From the NCBI GenBank assembly GCA_964444415.1, contig CAYUHE010000001.1, positions 4,889-68,888 of the forward strand: DNA of 64,000 nucleotides. Reading direction: 5' to 3'. Below the pieces are notes generated by a model. It saw only the letters and a program-made list of their open reading frames with translations. It did not search any database and was not told where the DNA came from. This document shows positions 56,906 to 64,000 of the stretch, one piece after another (the stretch's first letter is position 1; every line of letters begins with the position of its first letter). Both the position numbers and the translations under genes were made by a program. This DNA comes from an uncultured Gammaproteobacteria bacterium (GTDB lineage: Bacteria > Cyanobacteriota > Vampirovibrionia > Gastranaerophilales > CAJFVJ01).

Positions 56906-58204
56906 CTAATAACCTATGGCAAACCATCTAATGCCGCAACTCAATCCATCGTATTTTGTTATACTTAATGAACTTAAACTATTAGGATTAGCGACTATAT
57001 TCGCTTGTGCCCCTCCATATATTGTGTCTGAAACAACACCGACACTTCTTATTCCACTAACAAAAGCTATAGGATAATTAACGCTGAATGGAGTTGGAGA
57101 AGATCCTGCCACTAAATATCCTCCTTGCTCAATATATCCATCAGGCGATATTCTATACCAAGAATAGTTATCAACTGCTTGCCATTTTTTATAACTATTA
57201 ACATTAATGTTATAGCTGTTTTGGTTGTATGCAAAAGTCCCTATTTCTGAAATTGCCCCACCTGAATTGGTTTTAACATATCCTACAGGAATTTTGCCAT
57301 AATCATCCCATGATGAACCATTGTATTTCTTGGCGATACAAGATTCTGTCGCAGTCAAATAATGGATTTGATTAACAGTCGGACTTGATGGCAAAGCAAT
57401 GCCCTTGGTAAAACTCGAAGCAAAAACCTCTGTAATACCATCTACTCCAATATAAATATTCAACGTCTTACTTATCAAATTGCTTATAGTCAAATCGCTG
57501 ATTTCGCTAATAATTTTATTAAAACCTTTAGCATCACTCATAGAAACAACTTGCGACTTACTCAAGAATTTTATAATACATGGAAAACTGACAAATGTAG
57601 CGCCATTTACATTAGAAGTTGTCGAAATTATTAATTTGTTACTGTTAAATCCAAAAATAGGAATCAAAAATTCATCTTTGTCCAAAAAGTCATCGAAATT
57701 GTCATAAGAATAAAAAATATCTCCTGCTGCATTTTTTATACAAAAGTTTTTTATATCGCCTGAGATTTCTGTTGTGTTGAATTTTAGATACAAATAATCA
57801 AAAGAAAAATTCGTTGTTTTCTCAACAGCCATAAAAGCCGGGCTTTCTAATGAAGGGGTGTGTACCAAAGAACAATAACTGAATTTGTCATTATTTAATG
57901 ACTTGTATATATCATTGCCAGGGGCTGTTACCTGATGACTCGCACTAAGCGTCCAAACGCTTGAAGAGTTTGATGTCATAATTGGAACTATACTGTTTCC
58001 GCAATTGAATTTGACTACATTTCCTGTATAACTAAGCAAATTTGCATTGCCGCTTGTGTCTGTGCTGGCAGAATTTATACAAAAAGGCGTAACCTTTTCA
58101 GAATTATATTTCAAATGCATAAGACATTCATTTAAAATATCGGGGTCGTAGAGAGCAACATTTGCTTCTGTCGGATTGTCTGTCCATAAATAATTGTTTA
58201 CCAT
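56906..58204 (-). CDS. Phage tail-fibre / receptor-binding-protein-like protein
   Basis: 432 aa with a strong AAGGAGA RBS. No signal peptide or TM segment. N/S/T-rich beta-type sequence. The C-terminal WYRISPDGYIEQGG resembles a signature I associate with C-terminal domains of some phage tail fibres. Confidence 0.5.
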   Translation of the reverse strand: MVNNYLWTDNPTEANVALYDPDILNECLMHLKYNSEKVTPFCINSASTDTSGNANLLSYTGNVVKFNCGNSIVPIMTSNSSSVWTLSASHQVTAPGNDIYKSLNNDKFSYCSLVHTPSLESPAFMAVEKTTNFSFDYLYLKFNTTEISGDIKNFCIKNAAGDIFYSYDNFDDFLDKDEFLIPIFGFNSNKLIISTTSNVNGATFVSFPCIIKFLSKSQVVSMSDAKGFNKIISEISDLTISNLISKTLNIYIGVDGITEVFASSFTKGIALPSSPTVNQIHYLTATESCIAKKYNGSSWDDYGKIPVGYVKTNSGGAISEIGTFAYNQNSYNINVNSYKKWQAVDNYSWYRISPDGYIEQGGYLVAGSSPTPFSVNYPIAFVSGIRSVGVVSDTIYGGAQANIVANPNSLSSLSITKYDGLSCGIRWFAIGY

Positions 58205-58320
58205 ATTTTCTCCTTTCAGAATTTACTCCTGTTATTTTACAAAACAAGATAAATTCAAGTAAGACAGTTTGGCGATTGATATGAATTTGTTGTTTATTTT
58301 TGTTGTTGTATAATTAAAGA

Positions 58321-59253
58321 ATGAAAAAGCAAAAAATTTATATAGCAGGACATAGAGGCCTTGTTGGGAGTGCAATTGAACGTGAACTTCGCAAAAATGG
58401 CTACGCCAACATAATAACAAGAACTCAAGCAGAGCTTGATTTGCGCAATAGTGAAGAAGTGAAAGTTTTTTTTGAAGCACAAAAACCAGATTGGGTATTT
58501 TTGGCAGCTGCAAAAGTCGGCGGAATCCACGCAAATAGTACTTATCCGGTAGATTTTTTGTTGGATAATTTAAAAATTCAAAATAACATAATCGAAAATT
58601 GCTACAAAACAAATGTCAAAAAAATGATGTTTTTAGGTTCAAGCTGCATTTACCCCAAAAACGCACCACAACCAATAAAAGAAGAATATCTTTTGACATC
58701 AGAGCTTGAAAAAACAAACGAACCATATGCCATAGCGAAAATTACCGGCATAAAGCTTTGTGATGCTTATAACAAGCAATACGGAACAAATTATATCTGC
58801 GCAATGCCTTGCAATTTGTATGGAATAAATGACAATTATCACTCCGAAAATGCCCATGTAATTCCGATGCTTATCAGGAGATTTCACGAAGCCAAAATTC
58901 AAGGTCTAAAAGAAGTCGAAGCTTGGGGAACAGGTGCTCCTAAAAGAGAATTTATGTTTTCGGATGATTTGGCACAAGCTTGCGTTTATTTGATGGAAAA
59001 TAAAAATGCCGCTGAAGTCGGTGAATTTATCAATATTGGTAAAGGTTCTGATATAACGATTAAAGAACTTGTTGAAAATATTAAAGAAACGGTCGGTTTT
59101 GAAGGCAAAATTGTTTGGAACAAATCAAAGCCTGATGGTACAATGAGAAAACTTATGGATTCATCAAAAATCAATGCTCTTGGATGGAGTGCCAATACTG
59201 ATTTTAAAGATGGACTAAAATTAGCTTACAAAGATTTTTTAAATAAACAATAG
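58321..59253 (+). CDS. fcl: GDP-L-fucose synthase (GDP-4-keto-6-deoxymannose 3,5-epimerase/4-reductase)
   Basis: 310 aa. Has [21 protein letters not shown], and YAIAK. Confidence 0.9.
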   Translation: MKKQKIYIAGHRGLVGSAIERELRKNGYANIITRTQAELDLRNSEEVKVFFEAQKPDWVFLAAAKVGGIHANSTYPVDFLLDNLKIQNNIIENCYKTNVKKMMFLGSSCIYPKNAPQPIKEEYLLTSELEKTNEPYAIAKITGIKLCDAYNKQYGTNYICAMPCNLYGINDNYHSENAHVIPMLIRRFHEAKIQGLKEVEAWGTGAPKREFMFSDDLAQACVYLMENKNAAEVGEFINIGKGSDITIKELVENIKETVGFEGKIVWNKSKPDGTMRKLMDSSKINALGWSANTDFKDGLKLAYKDFLNKQ

Positions 59254-59264
59254 AGGATACTAAA

Positions 59265-60353
59265 ATGGCAAAAGTAGCATTAATTACAGGAATTACAGGT
59301 CAAGACGGAAGCTATTTGGCAGAGTTACTGCTCGAAAAAGGCTATGAAGTCCACGGAATGAAGCGTAGAGCTTCTTCTTTCAATACAAGTCGCATAGACC
59401 ATTTGTATCAAGATACTCACAACAAAAATTTGAAATTTAAACTTCATTACGGCGATTTAACCGATTCGACAAATTTAATTCGTCTAATCCAAGAAATTCA
59501 GCCCGATGAAATTTATAATTTGGCAGCACAATCTCACGTTAAAGTGTCTTTTGACTGCCCTGAATATACTGCAAATGCCGATGGATTAGGAACTTTGAGA
59601 ATTTTAGAAGCCATTAGGATTTGTAAACTTGAAAAGAAAACAAAATTCTACCAAGCTTCCACTTCTGAGCTCTATGGCTTGGTTCAAGAAACACCGCAAA
59701 AAGAAACCACACCTTTTTATCCACGTTCTCCTTATGCTTGTGCCAAGATTTATGGGTATTGGATTACGGTGAATTATCGCGAAGGTTATGATATTTTTGC
59801 CTGCAACGGTATTTTGTTCAACCACGAAAGCCCAAGACGCGGAGAGACTTTTGTAACACGCAAAATCACTCGCTCTGCTGTCAGAATAAAGCTTGGTATG
59901 GAAGAAAAATTATATCTAGGCAATTTGGACTCTAAACGTGATTGGGGTCATGCAAAAGACTATGTAGAAGGCATGTGGCTTGTGCTTCAACAAGAACAGC
60001 CTGAGGATTTTGTCCTTGCAACAGGTGTTACAACGACCATTCGTGATTTTTGTGAAATGACCTTCAAAGAACTTGGCGTTGAGCTTGAATGGTGTGGGCA
60101 TGGTGTTGATGAAAAAGGTATCGACAAAGCCACAGGCGAAGTACTTATTGAAGTTGACCCAAAATATTTCCGCCCTACAGAAGTTGATTTGCTTCTCGGT
60201 GATGCTACAAAGGCTCAACAAAAACTTGGCTGGAAGCCAAAATATGACCTTCCTATGCTTGTCAAAGAAATGGTAGAAGAAGATCTTAAAGAAGCCAAAA
60301 AAGAAAAATTCTTACGCGAACAAGGTTACGAAATTTTAATTCCACAAGAATAA
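59265..60353 (+). CDS. gmd: GDP-mannose 4,6-dehydratase
   Basis: 362 aa. Has [42 protein letters not shown] and [10 protein letters not shown]. Confidence 0.95.
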   Translation: MAKVALITGITGQDGSYLAELLLEKGYEVHGMKRRASSFNTSRIDHLYQDTHNKNLKFKLHYGDLTDSTNLIRLIQEIQPDEIYNLAAQSHVKVSFDCPEYTANADGLGTLRILEAIRICKLEKKTKFYQASTSELYGLVQETPQKETTPFYPRSPYACAKIYGYWITVNYREGYDIFACNGILFNHESPRRGETFVTRKITRSAVRIKLGMEEKLYLGNLDSKRDWGHAKDYVEGMWLVLQQEQPEDFVLATGVTTTIRDFCEMTFKELGVELEWCGHGVDEKGIDKATGEVLIEVDPKYFRPTEVDLLLGDATKAQQKLGWKPKYDLPMLVKEMVEEDLKEAKKEKFLREQGYEILIPQE

Positions 60354-60356
60354 AAT

Positions 60357-61238
60357 TTATAAAGTTTCAACCCCACAATGAACAAAGTTGCCAAGACTTA
60401 ACTCATTATGTTGCAATACAAAAATTTCATTATCAATCAAGGCTTTTACAACTAGGGGTATAGCCTTTTGCGAAAGATGACACTTGTCTTTAGCAATGAA
60501 TTCTTCGATAGTTTTGCCTTCTTCTGTTACTAAATCATCAAAAATTGATAAAAATTGGAAATTATTTTCCAGACACATTTCTTTCAATTTTTTATTGAAT
60601 TGTGCTGTCGCTTGATTTCGTTCTATTTCAGAACCATATTTAGGATAATCGGGATTTGTGGTCCATTCATCTTTTTGTGATGCTATTGCACCCCAGCAAA
60701 TAATTGTATAGCCTTTATTTTGCAATATTTTAATGTATTCCAGATAATTATTCAGAATATCTTCAATAACTTCTTCGACTTTTTTATTTTGTTTTTCAGC
60801 TTGTTTCAAAGAATGTACTCTAATATCTATTTCACCAAAACACAACATCAAAGTTGCATTATGGGGCAAATATTTTTCTTCAATTAAAAATAAAGTTTTA
60901 TCTAATGTATTTGTAGAGCTATTTGTTTTGGCATTGTAAGCCAAAACAGGACCAAGATGAAAAGTTTTAAAAAAATCAACCAAATTGCAGGAAGTATTGA
61001 TGTGTTTTTCCATTGGCAAAAAATTGATATATTCTGCTCCGCCAAAAAAATTTGTATGGCTGTCCCCTATGACATATATTTTTGCTTTAACTTTTTTTAT
61101 TGATGTTTTTGTATATTCGCTAAAACATTTCAAATAGTTTTTATTAATTTCCCTAAAAAATTTTTCTTTTAAAATTTCGAAAAAAATCTTTGATATAGCT
61201 CTTGGTTTCTTTAAAAAAATATGGATTTTTGTGAGCAA
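60357..61238 (-). CDS. SGNH/GDSL-type hydrolase-like protein (possible glycan O-acetyl esterase/transferase)
   Basis: 293 aa. TTG start 5 nt after AAGGAGA. Has YVIGDSHTNFFGG (a GDS-type block I) and a C-terminal DKCH (DxxH). Confidence 0.6.
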   Translation of the reverse strand: MLTKIHIFLKKPRAISKIFFEILKEKFFREINKNYLKCFSEYTKTSIKKVKAKIYVIGDSHTNFFGGAEYINFLPMEKHINTSCNLVDFFKTFHLGPVLAYNAKTNSSTNTLDKTLFLIEEKYLPHNATLMLCFGEIDIRVHSLKQAEKQNKKVEEVIEDILNNYLEYIKILQNKGYTIICWGAIASQKDEWTTNPDYPKYGSEIERNQATAQFNKKLKEMCLENNFQFLSIFDDLVTEEGKTIEEFIAKDKCHLSQKAIPLVVKALIDNEIFVLQHNELSLGNFVHCGVETL

Positions 61239-61295
61239 AAGCTTCTCCTTTTAGGTACAAACCTTTTTTGCTATAATAACATGAAAGGCTGATTT

Positions 61296-62246
61296 ATGAA
61301 AAAGACACAAATAGAATTCATTTTAATAAGCTGCTGTACTTGCCAAAGACCCCATATGCTTAGCAAGTCACTAAACAGTGTCAAAAACCTTGTTTTGCCC
61401 AAAAATGTGAGGATAGAACTTTTGGTTATAGACAATGACAAAAAAGCATCCTCAAAAAAAGTTATAGAGGAATTAAAGCAAAGCTTTCCTATCAAAATAA
61501 ACTACTTTGTGGAAGAAGAAAGAGGCATCGCAAATGCCAGAAACAGACTTTTAAAAGAATCTCTTAGTCTTGGAGCGAGCCATATTGCACTTTTTGATGA
61601 TGATGAAATTCTGGATGAAAATTGGCTGATTTCTCATTATTATTATTACAATCATCATCCCGAAGCACTAATAATTTCGGGACCCACATACAATATGTTT
61701 GAAAACCCTGTGCCGGATTATGTTGCAAAAAATAATATTTTCAAATCCTCAACAACCAAAAAGACAGGGCTAATAAGAAATATCTGTGCGAGCGGAAATG
61801 TGTTTTTTGCCACAACCATTATGAGTGAAGCAGGAATTTATTTTAATACTGATTTTGTTTTTATGGGCGGTGAAGACGGGGAATTTTTCTCGAAGGCCTC
61901 AAAGGCAGGTTTTGAAATAGTTTGGAACAATGAAGCCATTAATAGAGAATTAATAGGCGATGAAAGAGCCAACATAAAATGGATTTTAAACAGAAATTAC
62001 TACAACGGCTATTCAAGTGCCTATTTAAGATTTAAGAAAAAAACCCCTTTAATAAAGAGACTGTTTTTCATAGCCAAAACCTCTGTAGTTTTATTGCTTG
62101 ATTGCTTGATTATGCCTTTTTCGGCTTTATTAGGTTTGACAGCGTTTTTCAATGCACTTGGAATAACTTACAAAACAAAAGGCAAAATGGATGCGGCAAT
62201 CAAAAATAAACCTTTAAACTATTATCAAAATATCTGCGGTCATTGA
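61296..62246 (+). CDS. Glycosyltransferase family 2 with C-terminal membrane segments
   Basis: 316 aa. Has VIDNDKKASS and LFDDDE, with hydrophobic FFIAKTSVVLLLDCLIMPFSALLGLTAFF at the C-terminus. Confidence 0.75.
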   Translation: MKKTQIEFILISCCTCQRPHMLSKSLNSVKNLVLPKNVRIELLVIDNDKKASSKKVIEELKQSFPIKINYFVEEERGIANARNRLLKESLSLGASHIALFDDDEILDENWLISHYYYYNHHPEALIISGPTYNMFENPVPDYVAKNNIFKSSTTKKTGLIRNICASGNVFFATTIMSEAGIYFNTDFVFMGGEDGEFFSKASKAGFEIVWNNEAINRELIGDERANIKWILNRNYYNGYSSAYLRFKKKTPLIKRLFFIAKTSVVLLLDCLIMPFSALLGLTAFFNALGITYKTKGKMDAAIKNKPLNYYQNICGH

Positions 62247-63232
62247 ACAAAACGACGTTCCCATTGTAAAGTCGTTTTGATAGAATCTTCTAAAGTTTTT
62301 TGAGGAATCCAATTCAATTCTTTTAGGATTTTTTGATTATCGGCAACAAGGACTGCAGGGTCGCCTTCTCTTCTCGGCAGTATTTTTCGAGGAATTTTTT
62401 GCCCTAAAATTTCTTCACAAAGGTCGAAAATTTCTTTTACGCTGTTTCCGCTGTTTGTCCCAATGTTATAAATGTTGCTTTCACCGCCGTTTAAAAGACT
62501 CCCCAAAGCCAATCTATGCGCTTCTGCAAGGTCTTCCACATTTATATAATCTCTTATGCAAGTTCCGTCGATTGTATCATAATCATCCCCAAATAATTTA
62601 AATTCTTGAGCATCACCTGATAGGGCTGATTTAATGATATTTGGAATTAAATGAGTTTCAGGATTATGAACTTCTCCTATAATGCACTCGCTATTCGCCC
62701 CTGCAACATTGAAATATCTAAGCCTGATACTTTTTAGCTCCTCTAAATCATCAAGAATTTTTTCCACTCGTAATTTCGATTCTCCATAAGGATTAATAGG
62801 ATTTAAGGGGTGATTTTCATCAATAGGAGTATAGTCCGGCTCGCCATAAACTGCAGCAGTTGAAGAAAAAACTATTTTGGAAACATCATTCTCTATCATT
62901 GCTTTAAAAAGATTTGATGAACCAACAACATTATTTTCATAATATTTTGAAGGATTTTTGATAGATTCTGCCACTTGCGAATAAGCTGCAAAGTGTATCA
63001 CAGCTTCAATTTTGTGTTTTTTAAATACATTATTTATATCATCAAAATTTTTCAAATCACCTTTGATAAAATCGACTATTTTACCTCCGAATTTTTGATT
63101 TTTTAATACGTCTATTGTTTTTTGATGCCCCAATTCCAGATTATCAAAAATAACAATGCCAAAATTATTTTTCAATAAGTTTAGAACGCAATGAGAACCT
63201 ATATATCCTGCTCCACCGGTTACTAAAATCAT
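62240..63232 (-). CDS. galE: UDP-glucose 4-epimerase
   Basis: ATG at 63232 gives MILVTGGAGYIGSH. Has YGESK. The ORF track extends to 63289, which would overlap the next gene. Confidence 0.9.
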   Translation of the reverse strand: MILVTGGAGYIGSHCVLNLLKNNFGIVIFDNLELGHQKTIDVLKNQKFGGKIVDFIKGDLKNFDDINNVFKKHKIEAVIHFAAYSQVAESIKNPSKYYENNVVGSSNLFKAMIENDVSKIVFSSTAAVYGEPDYTPIDENHPLNPINPYGESKLRVEKILDDLEELKSIRLRYFNVAGANSECIIGEVHNPETHLIPNIIKSALSGDAQEFKLFGDDYDTIDGTCIRDYINVEDLAEAHRLALGSLLNGGESNIYNIGTNSGNSVKEIFDLCEEILGQKIPRKILPRREGDPAVLVADNQKILKELNWIPQKTLEDSIKTTLQWERRFVQ

Positions 63233-63263
63233 TTTGATGCCTTTCTTATTATTAGCTATTTTA

Positions 63264-64000
63264 TTATAGATTATTTTCAATAAAATCAAAAACTATTTCA
63301 GGGGTTATTGACTGCATACAAGGCTTATAAATACTTTCTTGAGATTGCTGACAAACTTTATCGCATCCTGTCGGACATTTAAATATCGAATTTATTGCAT
63401 AACCTTTTACCCCGTAAGGTCCGCAAGATTCTGCCGTCGTAGAACCCATTAAACCTAATGTTTTGACACCTAATGCCGATGCCATATGCAATGGGCCTGA
63501 GTCCCCCGAAATAAACAAATCAGCAGCCGCAACTAAAGCTGCACTCTCATCAAGCCTAAGCTCGCCTGAAAATAAAACTGAAGAATTAATCTTCAAAAGC
63601 TCTTTGTGATATTCTCTTTCGCCTTTAGAGCCTACAATAAAAACCGTTCCGCCATGTTTTTCAATCAATCTATTTGACAAATCAATCCAATTTTTCAAGG
63701 ACCAAATTCTTCCTTGTCTAAGATTGTCATTTTCTCCGCCAGGGTTTATTACAAAAAATGGTCTTGGAAATTTTTTTGTTTTTTCTTCAATCAAATCTTT
63801 TGTCTTATCTGACAAAAATAACTTCAAATTCTCAGGTTTTTCAATATCTTCAAAAACATCTTTGGCACTGTTAAAAAAAGCATCGACAGCATGAATCCTG
63901 TGCCTGTTTCGATTAGCAATCTTTTTAGGATTTGCAACAAAAATCATAAATTGATTCCTAAAAGAATTTGAAAGGTTGATAATCACATCAAATTTTTCTC
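63264..64000 (-). CDS. GT9 ADP-heptose:LPS heptosyltransferase-like protein (N-terminus beyond the window)
   Basis: C-terminal half shows LFISGDSGPLHMASALGVKTLGLMG, typical of GT9. The reading frame stays open upstream of the track start (..EKFDV before IINL), so the gene continues past 64000. Confidence 0.75.
   Translation of the reverse strand, partial: EKFDVIINLSNSFRNQFMIFVANPKKIANRNRHRIHAVDAFFNSAKDVFEDIEKPENLKLFLSDKTKDLIEEKTKKFPRPFFVINPGGENDNLRQGRIWSLKNWIDLSNRLIEKHGGTVFIVGSKGEREYHKELLKINSSVLFSGELRLDESAALVAAADLFISGDSGPLHMASALGVKTLGLMGSTTAESCGPYGVKGYAINSIFKCPTGCDKVCQQSQESIYKPCMQSITPEIVFDFIENNL

Noticed and set aside
56906-57300. Diversity-generating retroelement targeting the C-terminus of the tail-fibre-like protein
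   Set aside because: There is no reverse transcriptase ORF anywhere in the window, and I could find no nearby template-repeat copy of the 3' coding region.
58232-58612. 126-aa and 78-aa minus-strand ORFs overlapping the fcl start
   Set aside because: They overlap the clearly homologous fcl coding frame and the divergent promoter region. Their translations are Leu/Phe/Cys-rich nonsense typical of antisense AT-rich DNA.
1-64000. Search for rRNA, tRNA, tmRNA/RNase P/SRP RNA signatures, CRISPR repeats, IS elements, integrases, toxin-antitoxin pairs and known defence-system gene sets
   Set aside because: I could find no regularly spaced direct repeats, no cloverleaf-like GC-rich 70-90 nt segments in the few intergenic gaps, and no transposase, integrase, nuclease-helicase or methylase-restriction ORFs. 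A tRNAscan/Infernal/PADLOC run would be needed to be definitive.

Overview
Low-GC bacterial chromosome segment from a diderm. It most likely belongs to the non-photosynthetic sister lineage of cyanobacteria (Melainabacteria/Vampirovibrionia, Gastranaerophilales-like). That assignment is inference: it rests on a response regulator that from memory is nearly identical over long runs to cyanobacterial RpaB/Ycf27, combined with flagellar, porin, LPS-core and host-like glycan genes. Left half (1-33 kb): housekeeping genes (a yhaM-like gene cut by the edge, pheA, dprA-topA, aroE, pgeF, thrS, PBP1A, nadE, an HD-GYP protein). It also holds a compact flagellar basal-body/export cluster at 13.8-23.9 kb: flgF-flgG-flgB-flgC-slt-fliE-fliF-X-fliH-flhA-fliI. 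Right half (33-64 kb): one large, visibly more AT-rich surface-polysaccharide (O-antigen-like) locus. It encodes dTDP-rhamnose (rmlCBDA), a CDP-3,6-dideoxyhexose pathway extended by a YerE-like ThDP enzyme, GDP-fucose (fcl, gmd) and an amino-sugar module. It also has about 9 glycosyltransferases (including GT10 and GT11 fucosyltransferases), galE and a GT9 heptosyltransferase cut by the window edge. I found no rRNA, tRNA, CRISPR array, transposase or integrase. Best candidates for something new: (1) a non-canonical protein in the fliG slot of the flagellar operon; (2) an orphan phage tail-fibre-like gene plus chaperone-like gene inside the glycan locus; (3) a tandem pair of beta-propeller glycosidase-like proteins in the glycan locus; (4) a paralogous pair of proteins with glycine-zipper segments at both ends, divergent from the flagellar cluster; (5) the YerE-like branched-sugar pathway lacking an E3 reductase; (6) paired fucosyltransferases suggesting Lewis/H-type glycan mimicry. 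All functional calls come from reading the translated ORFs against remembered family motifs. No searches were run.
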